A stretch of 18,434 bases of DNA from a virus (IMGVR_UViG_3300021430_000416:1-18434), one strand, 5' to 3'; shown: positions 1 through 7,772, counted from the first letter of the stretch. Notes: a model not told the origin generated them from the sequence alone. Numbers and translations are program-made.

Positions 1-2
1 AT

Positions 3-1091
3 GGAATCTACCGTGGTGAAAAAAGGAGAAACTACTGGGGTGTTAGATATAACAAATCTATTGATAAGATAATAAACATCTTAGAAAGTAAATTAAAACC
101 GCACATCACTTCGGAACACATTAAAAATAAGGAGTATTCTCTGAAATACACTATAAATCCAATATTTGATTTGTTTGTTGATTTTCATCTCGACAAAAAG
201 AAAATTAAGGCACATGATTCTGTTTATCATACCATACAATTTGAATACCCAAAATCTAAATGGTTAAAACAAAATGAGAATAAGTTTTTACCGGCAGTGT
301 TGGATTCTTATGGAATTAAATCCAAATATTTGATTGGTGAAATTAACACGCGTCCTGAAATCGATATCAATATCAATACCATAAGTTATGTGTGTGGTAT
401 GTTTGGGGAAGGTCATGTTGATTACCTAAGAAAAATAGATTGGGTTGAGTTGGTTTCACACGGCAGTGTTAATCAAAAGAAACGACACGAATTAAAAAAT
501 GAATTTGAAAAATCATGCATGGTCAAGTTGGTGAATGATTGGAGTAAAAACCAAACAATTTTCAACGATAATTTAATTGAAGAGATTTTTAAAATTCTAA
601 CACTTAGGGTACAGTTGGAGGAAAAAGGTTTGTCGTTAAAGTTTAACGCAACCAACTGTTCCGAATTTGAAAGACTGTTAAACGAATGGGAAAACATCAA
701 GAACCATTTTAAGAAAGGTTATAAAGTTAGATATTCATTTCCGAAGGAGTTTATCGATGAGGTGGAATCTGAGATTGTTATTGACGACAAAGTCTTTAGC
801 GTGAGAATATTAAGGACAGAAGAAGATTTTTTTACCGAAGGGTACGTGATGAAAAATTGCATGGCCAAACAATTCAACAAGGGTGTGGTGTTCATATACA
901 TTGTTATGAAACACAATAAGTTAAGAATCAATCTTGAATATAAAAACGGTGATTTGATTTCATTATTTGGTAAAGCAAACTCACCTGTTGATTCATTGTT
1001 TTCAAGGGCGGTTTTGGAACTTACAAATAGAATGAGTAAACACTCTGAAATTAAATGGGTAAAAGAAAAATATGACCATATTAAAAAGTGA
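3..1091 (+). CDS. PcfJ-like domain protein, 5'-truncated at window edge
   Basis: The frame of the 171..1091 ORF is open back to position 3 (GIYRGEKRRNYWGVRYNKSIDKIINILESKLKPH...), so TTG171 is probably internal. The C-terminal 'VRILRTEEDFFTEGYVMKNCMAKQF..IYIVMK..LRINLEY' matches my recollection of the PcfJ-like pattern (L..EG..M.[HN]C). Confidence 0.6.
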   Translation, partial: GIYRGEKRRNYWGVRYNKSIDKIINILESKLKPHITSEHIKNKEYSLKYTINPIFDLFVDFHLDKKKIKAHDSVYHTIQFEYPKSKWLKQNENKFLPAVLDSYGIKSKYLIGEINTRPEIDININTISYVCGMFGEGHVDYLRKIDWVELVSHGSVNQKKRHELKNEFEKSCMVKLVNDWSKNQTIFNDNLIEEIFKILTLRVQLEEKGLSLKFNATNCSEFERLLNEWENIKNHFKKGYKVRYSFPKEFIDEVESEIVIDDKVFSVRILRTEEDFFTEGYVMKNCMAKQFNKGVVFIYIVMKHNKLRINLEYKNGDLISLFGKANSPVDSLFSRAVLELTNRMSKHSEIKWVKEKYDHIKK

Positions 1092-1098
1092 TTTGACA

Positions 1099-1130
1099 TT
1101 TGATAAAATCAAAAGTTTTTAGTATTTTTG
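1099..1130 (+). promoter_or_regulatory. Bacteroidota-type sigma70 promoter (-33 TTTG / -7 TAnnTTTG) with TTTG-N7-CAAA dyad
   Basis: TTTG 1099-1102, 20-nt spacer, TATTTTTG 1123-1130, 18 nt before ATG1149. TTTGAT-AAA-ATCAAA (1099-1113) is a perfect inverted repeat. Confidence 0.7.
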
Positions 1131-1148
1131 TTAAAATTTTAAATCAGT

Positions 1149-1313
1149 ATGCAACCGAAAGAGTCCAAATCTAATTCACACTTCACAATTAGTATCATTA
1201 AGTCGGCAATAAGAATTGTCGGATGTTATTTTATGTTTTTTTATAATCTACCAGTTGCGGCAACTCTTTTTTGTGTTGCGGAAATTTTAGGTATATTTGA
1301 AGAAATATTTTAA
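1149..1313 (+). CDS. 54-aa small membrane protein (not in ORF track)
   Basis: MQPKESKSNSHFTISIIKSAIRIVGCYFMFFYNLPVAATLFCVAEILGIFEEIF*. It fills the gap after a promoter and is hydrophobic. The 'S.IKS..RI ... AE.LGI.EE' pattern resembles a small protein I recall from many myoviruses. Confidence 0.7.
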   Translation: MQPKESKSNSHFTISIIKSAIRIVGCYFMFFYNLPVAATLFCVAEILGIFEEIF

Positions 1314-1323
1314 AACATTAATC

Positions 1324-1644
1324 ATGACCGAGTTTAACCCCTCAAACCCAAACGAAAGAGACATTATTTTCACACAAGGTGAGTATTTGAAAGTAAAGAC
1401 AACCACTATGGTCAAATTGAATGAAGTATTGGTTGTTAATACTGAAGAAGGACCTGTAGAACTACTAGTTGATATCACTGCGGATTTTAATACGATAGAT
1501 AAAAAGTATCATGAGATATTTTTTAATGTATTAACATCGAAATACCTTGGTAGAGTATCATTTGGTGATAACCCATTCTCTGAATGTAAACCGGTTCAGA
1601 AAAGAAAATGGTATCAATTTTGGAAATCAAAATATTTTATCTAA
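1324..1644 (+). CDS. Hypothetical protein (106 aa)
   Basis: ATG1324 lies 10 nt after the upstream stop and is preferred over TTG1297, which would overlap the 54-aa gene. No recognisable motif; basic/aromatic C-terminus (KRKWYQFWK). Confidence 0.7.
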   Translation: MTEFNPSNPNERDIIFTQGEYLKVKTTTMVKLNEVLVVNTEEGPVELLVDITADFNTIDKKYHEIFFNVLTSKYLGRVSFGDNPFSECKPVQKRKWYQFWKSKYFI

Positions 1645-1651
1645 CCCGTAA

Positions 1652-1658
1652 TATTTAT
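1652..1658 (+). promoter_or_regulatory. TATTTAT motif (putative phage late-type promoter)
   Basis: Intergenic TATTTAT 4 nt before ATG1663. The same motif occurs at 4886, 6515, 9393 and 10172-10179 (minus strand). Confidence 0.45.
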
Positions 1659-1662
1659 CACC

Positions 1663-1767
1663 ATGAAGTCTAAAAAAGAAGTTATGGATGAAGATATTAT
1701 TGTTGACACCCCAACCGTTGAAGATGAATGGGATGACAACAAACAACATACGGAACAAATGTTTTAA
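1663..1767 (+). CDS. 34-aa acidic micro-protein (not in ORF track)
   Basis: MKSKKEVMDEDIIVDTPTVEDEWDDNKQHTEQMF* fills the whole gap between 1644 and the convergent gene. It follows TATTTAT, and its TAA overlaps the opposite-strand TAA (TTAA 1764-1767). Confidence 0.5.
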   Translation: MKSKKEVMDEDIIVDTPTVEDEWDDNKQHTEQMF

Positions 1768-2231
1768 AACCACTCAGGTTTTTCTCGTAACCTCCAAGTT
1801 GCAAAATTAGATTTTGAACCTCGATAGTAGTTTCGATAAGATTCAACTACCGATTTTACTTTGTATTCATCGGGCATTGCTTTTGGTGGGGGAGTTAACC
1901 CTTTGTCACGAATGTTTATCTTATTTGTGACACACCACTCAATCACCTCCTGTGATTTGTGTCGTTTACCGTATCGATATGTGTACTCTTCACATAACTC
2001 TAAACCGAGCTCACACAATAACAAATAATTTGAAAGGGATTCCCTAACCCATATTGAACATGGGTGGTTTTTATGTGATAATTTATATGGTACACCGTCG
2101 GTAAACTCTGAGGTTGTATGGTGAGCGCCACATAATAATTGTGCGGTCTCCAATATCATTTTAACCACATGTTTGTCACAATGATACTGTGCACATTTAC
2201 GTACATCGTTGTCTAAAAAGAAAATATTCAC
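1764..2231 (-). CDS. Pyrimidine-dimer DNA glycosylase / endonuclease V (DenV-like, Pyr_excise family)
   Basis: N-terminal 'MNIFFLD...CAQYHCDKHVVKMILETAQLL', then 'HKNHPCSIWVRES..NY..L.ELG.ELC.EYT.RYGK.H' and 'SYRNYY', typical of this phage family as I recall it. GTG start. Confidence 0.8.
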   Translation of the reverse strand: MNIFFLDNDVRKCAQYHCDKHVVKMILETAQLLCGAHHTTSEFTDGVPYKLSHKNHPCSIWVRESLSNYLLLCELGLELCEEYTYRYGKRHKSQEVIEWCVTNKINIRDKGLTPPPKAMPDEYKVKSVVESYRNYYRGSKSNFATWRLREKPEWF

Positions 2232-2235
2232 AAGA

Positions 2236-2243
2236 CAAATATA
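2236..2243 (-). promoter_or_regulatory. -7 element TATATTTG for the DenV-like gene
   Basis: CAAATATA on + equals TATATTTG on -, ending 4 nt before the GTG start at 2231. Confidence 0.6.
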
Positions 2244-2266
2244 GTGACTTTTTCAAAAAAAATACT

Positions 2267-2274
2267 TATATTTG
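2267..2274 (+). promoter_or_regulatory. -7 element TATATTTG for the 2290-4861 operon
   Basis: Exact TAnnTTTG 15 nt upstream of ATG2290. The -33 position reads AGTG, followed by N7-CAAA. Confidence 0.6.
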
Positions 2275-2289
2275 TAAAAATATACGAAC

Positions 2290-2973
2290 ATGATTTTAAA
2301 GAGTTCATTAGTCGAGGGTCAAATCATAGAAATAAAACCGTACATTTTTGCTGCTGTGATTAAAGACAGTTACGACAGGTCAATGTTGTTTTGTAGATAT
2401 CAAGAATTTTACGAATCACCATTTCCCGAGATAAGAGGTAAATCGTTCACTCTTGAAGAATACATGAAATTGTATAAAAAGAACAACAAAAGGACGACCT
2501 TTACTTATCCAATTGATTGGAGTGGATATAATATACCTTCGGATATTTTGTTAGATGCAAAAAAGAAGTTTACATTTTCCATTAACATGTACGATTTAAT
2601 TATGAATGATATAATCGAACATTGTGAAAAGGAATCTAAATTTAGAAATTTTGGTGACTCTCATCCATGGTACTTAATTGGTGTTGATAAATTAAAATCG
2701 GGTGTAATTAATCATGAAATAGCCCATGGATTATACCACACCAATCTCAATTATAAGGTGGAAATGGACTACCACACCGGTAATATTCGACCGAAAGACT
2801 CAATCAGTTTAAGAAGTAAATTGATTAAAGTTGGTTATGTTAATGACAGAAAAATATTGGACGATGAAATTCAAGCATACATGTCTACCGGTAAATTACA
2901 TACGTGGAGTGATACCATCTATAAGAGGTACTCAAAAGATTATGCGGACACATTTAAAAAATTTAACAAGTGA
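2290..2973 (+). CDS. Putative zinc metalloprotease-fold protein (HExxH, gluzincin-like)
   Basis: 'VINHEIAHGLYH' plus downstream 'LDDEIQAY', which could supply the third Zn ligand. Confidence 0.5.
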   Translation: MILKSSLVEGQIIEIKPYIFAAVIKDSYDRSMLFCRYQEFYESPFPEIRGKSFTLEEYMKLYKKNNKRTTFTYPIDWSGYNIPSDILLDAKKKFTFSINMYDLIMNDIIEHCEKESKFRNFGDSHPWYLIGVDKLKSGVINHEIAHGLYHTNLNYKVEMDYHTGNIRPKDSISLRSKLIKVGYVNDRKILDDEIQAYMSTGKLHTWSDTIYKRYSKDYADTFKKFNK

Positions 2974-3320
2974 GAAGTTATAGATTTTATAAAGACGAAT
3001 CATCAAGATGGTATGTTGACCTATATGAATGGGAAGGTGAAGAGTGGGAATTAGAAATGGTAATGGGTGCGGACACATTCTTAAATATACTTTCTCAAGG
3101 TGAAGATGAGGTTAATATTACTTTATCAACAGAACCATTTGATGGATGTGAAACTCTTCATTTCATACATGAAGGACGAATCGAAGGACCCGAGATTGGT
3201 GAAGGTGCGTGGTATAGACTTGACAAATACATGGGATTAGATTTTAATCTACAAATGTGGTTATGTGATGTAACTAAATTTGTTTTTGGTAATTTCCCTA
3301 AAAAAATATATTTCAAATGA
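2970..3320 (+). CDS. Conserved hypothetical protein (resembles DUF6717)
   Basis: 'FYKD...RWYVDL.EW.G...ELEMVMGADTFL..LSQGE.EV' matches my recollection of DUF6717. GTGA overlap with the upstream stop. Confidence 0.5.
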   Translation: MRSYRFYKDESSRWYVDLYEWEGEEWELEMVMGADTFLNILSQGEDEVNITLSTEPFDGCETLHFIHEGRIEGPEIGEGAWYRLDKYMGLDFNLQMWLCDVTKFVFGNFPKKIYFK

Positions 3321-3658
3321 AAATAATAATTGCTGGTGGTAGAAATTTTGACAATTATGAATTGTTAAAAAACACATGTAACAATTTAAAGGAAAAGATA
3401 ACTGAGATTGTCTCGGGTAAGGCTAGAGGTGCGGATAGTTTGGGTGAAAGATGGGCATCCGAGAATAATGTTCCGGTTAAACTATTTCCCGCGAATTGGG
3501 AATTGTACGGTAAAAGGGCGGGTTACTTGAGAAATACTGAAATGTCAAACTATGCTGAGGGTTTAATTGCATTTTGGGATGGTGAAAGTAAAGGAACTAA
3601 ACATATGATTGATACTGCAAACAGTAAAGGTCTTGAAGTTCACATAATAAGATACTAA
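3317..3658 (+). CDS. SLOG-superfamily protein (DUF2493 / YspA-related)
   Basis: 'MKIIIAGGRNF', 'IVSGKARGADSLGERWA', 'FPANW..YGKRAGYLRN.EM', 'IAFWDGESKGTKHMI'. ATGA overlap with the upstream gene. Confidence 0.85.
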   Translation: MKIIIAGGRNFDNYELLKNTCNNLKEKITEIVSGKARGADSLGERWASENNVPVKLFPANWELYGKRAGYLRNTEMSNYAEGLIAFWDGESKGTKHMIDTANSKGLEVHIIRY

Positions 3659-4266
3659 TGATGGATAAAATTATATTCTTGGACATTGATGGTGTGTTAA
3701 ACCACCAAGACTGGTACGTGAAAAGACAAAAGGAAATCAATAAAGATGATGTTGTTTCTCATTATCCATTCTATGAGTTCGACCCCGAATCTGTCAATCA
3801 ATTAAATAGAATAATTGAAGAGACGGGAGCGAAAGTTGTTGTAAGTTCTACTTGGAGAATAGGTAGAACACCAAACCAATTACAAGAAATTTTGGATAGG
3901 GTTGGTTTTGTGGGTGAGGTTATTGATACCACCCCACATTTCCATGCTAAAGGAACTGACAACGATGGTGAAAAAATTGGATATACAATACCAAGAGGTT
4001 GTGAGATTGATTGGTGGTTAGATAATAAAGGTAAGTTCCAACGCATTAATTGGTCTGCCGATGTTCAAAACGAACACTTGGAAAAATCGTTAGTTAAGAA
4101 TTATGTAATAATTGATGATGATTCCGACATGTTATACGGTCAAAGAGAACACTTCGTTAAAACATATTTCATGAATGGTTTAACCGAGGATAAAGCAAAT
4201 GATTGCATTAAAATTTTAAATTCAACTTTAATAGATTTGTACTATGAAAATAATATTCCTAGATAA
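3658..4266 (+). CDS. HAD-family phosphatase (HAD_SAK_2-like), copy 1
   Basis: Motif I 'IIFLDIDGVLN', motif II 'VVVSSTWR', 'RGCEIDWWL', motif IV 'YVIIDDDSDM'. TAATG overlap; the true start may be ATG3661. Confidence 0.85.
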   Translation: MMDKIIFLDIDGVLNHQDWYVKRQKEINKDDVVSHYPFYEFDPESVNQLNRIIEETGAKVVVSSTWRIGRTPNQLQEILDRVGFVGEVIDTTPHFHAKGTDNDGEKIGYTIPRGCEIDWWLDNKGKFQRINWSADVQNEHLEKSLVKNYVIIDDDSDMLYGQREHFVKTYFMNGLTEDKANDCIKILNSTLIDLYYENNIPR

Positions 4267-4861
4267 CGATGGTGTAATATGCCTCAGTGGAAATTGGGGT
4301 TCACGCCACAAAAAAGCGAGAGAGTTTATGATTAAAAACAAAACTCCAGAGTATGATGCAAGTATGTTAGATGAAACAAAACGACCTGTAGAAATTCGTT
4401 TTGATAATTTTGACAACAAAGCAATAAAAGTGTTAAATGAGATATTGGAGAAAACCGATGCTGAAATTGTTGTCAGCTCTGATTGGAGGTTATTTGCAAA
4501 TTTGGAAGAGTTAGGTGAATACTATACTTCAAAAGGTATTATAAAGAAACCTATCGGAGTAACAAAAAGACTCGGAGAATTTGACATACCAGAAGATTTT
4601 CCGTGGATTAGACAGTGGGACTCAGAACAAACAAGATGTTTGGAAATAAAAGAATGGTTAAAAGAACATCCCGAGGTCACAAGCTGGGTTGCTGTTGATG
4701 ACTTAAACATGGGAAAAAGAGGAAAATACTATTCGATGGATTTTGAACACGATTGGGGGTTGGAGAACTTTGTTTACACACCCAATAGTAATGAGGGTAT
4801 TAAACAATCAGGAGTTAAGGATAAAATCATTAAAATACTAAATAACGAATCCCCAAAATAA
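4244..4861 (+). CDS. HAD-family phosphatase (HAD_SAK_2-like), copy 2
   Basis: 'IIFLDNDGVI', 'IVVSSDWR', 'RCLEIKEWL', 'WVAVDDL'. Overlaps copy 1 by 23 nt. Confidence 0.85.
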   Translation: MKIIFLDNDGVICLSGNWGSRHKKAREFMIKNKTPEYDASMLDETKRPVEIRFDNFDNKAIKVLNEILEKTDAEIVVSSDWRLFANLEELGEYYTSKGIIKKPIGVTKRLGEFDIPEDFPWIRQWDSEQTRCLEIKEWLKEHPEVTSWVAVDDLNMGKRGKYYSMDFEHDWGLENFVYTPNSNEGIKQSGVKDKIIKILNNESPK

Positions 4862-4876
4862 TAGGGGATTTTTTAT
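4848..4876 (+). terminator. Intrinsic terminator
   Basis: AATCCCC-(9 nt)-GGGGATT followed by a T-rich tract; the loop contains the upstream stop codon. Confidence 0.7.
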
Positions 4877-4885
4877 TTTGACGAA

Positions 4886-4892
4886 TATTTAT
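4886..4892 (+). promoter_or_regulatory. TATTTAT motif (putative late-type promoter)
   Basis: Directly after the terminator, 20 nt before ATG4913. Confidence 0.55.
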
Positions 4893-4912
4893 TAAAGTAT
4901 CAGATTATATTA

Positions 4913-6214
4913 ATGAAAAAAACGAACCTTCAGGAAGAATTAAAAAGAATACATGAGATAACTTACGGTAAATCGTCAGTTAACGAAGATTTTATTGATA
5001 AATTACTCAATAAAGTTGGTTTAGGTAAAAAAATTGATGACCCAAAGAAAGCAGATTTGGTCACACCCGATGTTGCTGAGTTCTATAAAACAATAGAGGA
5101 TTCAATCAGTTCAGGTGGTTTATCACAAAAATCAAAAGGTTCAATGGAATACCAAAAAAGTGTTGAATCAATGCAAATTGGTTTAATGTTATTAGGTTAC
5201 GATTTACCGGTACACGGTGTTGATGGTTTGTTCGGTCCTGAAACCGCAAGGGCGGTTAGGGCGTTCAAGAAAGATAATCTTAAATTAAATGAAACTGCAG
5301 AGAATTTAAGAGATACCTTGGATAGTTTAGGTTATGATGAAAAAGGTAGTGAATTGACTAGTGGTGGTAATGTAAGTAATAAACTCACAGATATCGTTTC
5401 AGACATTCTCCAAAAATATAAAGAAACCAATCCGGATGTTAAGGTCATAATTACCGCAGGTAATGATAATTTCCACAAAAAGTTAGGTTACAAAAGTACA
5501 CACACCGAAGGTAACGCTATTGACCTTGTTATTTCTCCCTATAATACTAAGAATGCGTCAGATTTAATTAAAATCTTAAATACAACTAAAGGTTCTAACT
5601 CTGAGTTTAGTTACATAGACGAATACACTAACCCTAGTTCGGCATCCACAGGTGGTCACTTCCATTTACAATATGGTGGTGAATCAGAAAAAAGTGGTAG
5701 TACTATGGAACAAGCAACCCCTGAAATGTTAACAAAGTTACTTGAAATGTTAAAATCTAAGGGCGTTAAATCAGAAGAGTTAAAAAAATACATTGACAAA
5801 ACAGTCTCAGTTGCTGGTGTTACCGATGCAAATGTTTATGAAAAAATATTAGAAGGTTTAGGTGCTCCCGTGACAGATGAGAACATGAAGTTTATGTTTG
5901 CTTGGAGACAAGCAGAAGGTAGTGGTGGTAAACACAATCCATTCAACACAACCCAAAATATGCCCGGAGCGGTATCAATTAATACCCATGGAGTAAAAAG
6001 TTATCGTAACCCACAAGACGGTGTAATTGCAACAATCAAAACACTAAGAAATGGTAGATACGGATGTATTGTTAACGGTTTAGTTAATAACATTGGTGCC
6101 GATAAAATTGCACAATGTGAATCATTAAAGACTTGGGGTACGGGTGACTTAGTGGCAAAAGTGATTGCTGGTTATAATAGAGGAGCATCACCAAAAATCA
6201 AAAGTTTAGCATAA
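4913..6214 (+). CDS. Multi-domain peptidoglycan hydrolase: PG-binding domain + M15-like Zn peptidase + lysozyme-like domain
   Basis: PG_binding_1-like 'QIGLMLLGYDLPVHGVDGLFGPETARAVRAFKKDN'. LAS/M15 signature 'STHTEGNAID' (H-x6-D) and 'GGHFHL' (HxH). C-terminal 'AWRQAEG..KHNPFNTT...N.HGVKSY...DGVIAT.KTL.NGRY' is lysozyme-like. Confidence 0.75.
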   Translation: MKKTNLQEELKRIHEITYGKSSVNEDFIDKLLNKVGLGKKIDDPKKADLVTPDVAEFYKTIEDSISSGGLSQKSKGSMEYQKSVESMQIGLMLLGYDLPVHGVDGLFGPETARAVRAFKKDNLKLNETAENLRDTLDSLGYDEKGSELTSGGNVSNKLTDIVSDILQKYKETNPDVKVIITAGNDNFHKKLGYKSTHTEGNAIDLVISPYNTKNASDLIKILNTTKGSNSEFSYIDEYTNPSSASTGGHFHLQYGGESEKSGSTMEQATPEMLTKLLEMLKSKGVKSEELKKYIDKTVSVAGVTDANVYEKILEGLGAPVTDENMKFMFAWRQAEGSGGKHNPFNTTQNMPGAVSINTHGVKSYRNPQDGVIATIKTLRNGRYGCIVNGLVNNIGADKIAQCESLKTWGTGDLVAKVIAGYNRGASPKIKSLA

Positions 6215-6268
6215 TATTAAGTTTTCTTTCTTAAAAAAAACATTTATCTTTCCTAAAAAATTAGTCAT

Positions 6269-6490
6269 ATGTCAAAAGATAAATGCGTTATGTGCGGAGT
6301 TGAGACTCAGTACGATATCAACACTCATGTTGATTTAAGGTATCACTATGTTGATGGTATGGGTCAACTATGTAAAAAGTGTCATGATGGGGAAAAACCC
6401 CAAGAAACTATCGTCGTTCCAATTGATTTGATTAGGTCAACACCCAACGATATGGAATTGGGTGAAAAAATCAGAAGAATGGTAAATTGA
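6269..6490 (+). CDS. Small Zn-ribbon protein
   Basis: Two CxxC pairs (CVMC ... YVDGMGQLCKKC). A weak promoter-like TATCTTTC lies at 6245-6252. Confidence 0.7.
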   Translation: MSKDKCVMCGVETQYDINTHVDLRYHYVDGMGQLCKKCHDGEKPQETIVVPIDLIRSTPNDMELGEKIRRMVN

Positions 6491-6514
6491 GGTTAACAAA
6501 TCCATTTTTCGTTG

Positions 6515-6522
6515 TATTTATA
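6515..6522 (+). promoter_or_regulatory. TATTTATA motif (putative late-type promoter)
   Basis: Intergenic, 19 nt before ATG6542. Confidence 0.55.
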
Positions 6523-6541
6523 TATAAACATTTCACGTATA

Positions 6542-7732
6542 ATGGATAAATTAACTGAAAAATATTTAAAGAACTTGATTTCTGAAATGTCAATGAGTGA
6601 CGTTGATGAAATGGCTCGAAAAAGAAGTGGAGTTCAAAACACCACAGGTAAATTGGTAAAATATAAACCTTTTTGGAAAGAAGGTAATGAAACTGAAATT
6701 CCTGATTATTGGATTGCTAATCCAAAGTTAGAGGAAGGTGCGGAAATTCTTGTTGTACCATTAGATTGCCAAGAATTAGAAGATTTCAAAAACGCAAACA
6801 AAGAGTGGTTAGACAGTATTCAAACGGAACACAATTTAGAACCACAATTAGCTGCATGTAAGAGAGGAAAATATCACAGACCTGTTGAAAAATGGGTTGA
6901 AGGTGGGTATAAACCAACCGGTGAAAAATATAGTGAGAAAGAAAAGATTAAGAGAAATTTATTCAAAGTAATAGCAGAGAATTTAGAGGATGAATCATTT
7001 GCTGAAGTGTTAAATAAGAGAAGTATACCGACCGTAGTTGCTAGAGATAGAAAGAACGTAAATCAATACGGTAAATTCTCAAATCAAAAAATTGAATATT
7101 CAACACACAATTATAATGCGTATGGTTCAGTTAAGGATTTCTTAGCGGCAGCACTTGCTCGTGTTAAAGGTCAAGATACCCCTGAAATGAAAACATTCCA
7201 CATGGCTAGACAATACAATACTAACTATAACAATTGGAGAGCCGACAAGAAAATGATGAAACAATATGCAGGTAAAACTGAAAAGTACATGTTAGATGCA
7301 TATGGTTTTGAAAAAGAAAATTTGGATGTTACTATCAGAATGGATTTCGAGATTTTTGGTGAATTATTAGGTGAAAATAGTTACACTTGGAATGTTAGAA
7401 TGACTACCAAGATTGGTAAAAAATTAGAAGAAGAAACAGGTTTAAAAGGTGGATTCTTAGATGATAAAACCATTCAATCAACTACAACAGCACAATTAGG
7501 ACCAAATGTTGAATTCAATGATACCTACACTGTGATGGATAATCCTGAAATTGTGGATGCACTAATTCAAGCAATAAACGAATTAAAATCAAAAGTTGAG
7601 TCAATCGACCCTAAAGAAACTTTGAAGGTTGCAACGGTTAAGAGATACCAAATCAACCCGAACCAAGGACAAGTAAATGAGTCGATAAAACAAAAACTAA
7701 TAGACAGAATAGTCAAAAAAATTAATATCTAA
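6542..7732 (+). CDS. Hypothetical protein (396 aa), possibly virion-associated
   Basis: ATG6542 is preferred over TTG6512, which overlaps the promoter motif. Amphipathic ends 'KYLKNLISEM' and 'QVNESIKQKLIDRIVKKINI'; no catalytic motif recognised. Confidence 0.75.
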   Translation: MDKLTEKYLKNLISEMSMSDVDEMARKRSGVQNTTGKLVKYKPFWKEGNETEIPDYWIANPKLEEGAEILVVPLDCQELEDFKNANKEWLDSIQTEHNLEPQLAACKRGKYHRPVEKWVEGGYKPTGEKYSEKEKIKRNLFKVIAENLEDESFAEVLNKRSIPTVVARDRKNVNQYGKFSNQKIEYSTHNYNAYGSVKDFLAAALARVKGQDTPEMKTFHMARQYNTNYNNWRADKKMMKQYAGKTEKYMLDAYGFEKENLDVTIRMDFEIFGELLGENSYTWNVRMTTKIGKKLEEETGLKGGFLDDKTIQSTTTAQLGPNVEFNDTYTVMDNPEIVDALIQAINELKSKVESIDPKETLKVATVKRYQINPNQGQVNESIKQKLIDRIVKKINI

Positions 7733-7735
7733 ATG

Positions 7736-7764
7736 AAATCCCGAGAAATCGGGATTTTTTTTTT
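7736..7764 (+). terminator. Intrinsic terminator
   Basis: AAATCCCGA-GAAA-TCGGGATTT (9-bp stem, GNRA loop) with a long T tract. Confidence 0.9.
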
Positions 7765-7772
7765 GGAGTTCA

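Noticed and set aside
1100-1112. FNR-like box TTGAT-N3-ATCAA
   Set aside because: FNR needs an N4 spacer; the site is better explained as an instance of the TTTG-N7-CAAA dyad.
473-1478. Minus-strand ORFs 473-700, 719-1099 and 1287-1478
   Set aside because: They are shadows of longer plus-strand genes with recognisable content; they have atypical composition and no promoter motif.
3798-4710. Minus-strand ORFs 3798-4046, 4228-4419 and 4522-4710
   Set aside because: Antisense to the two well-supported HAD genes.
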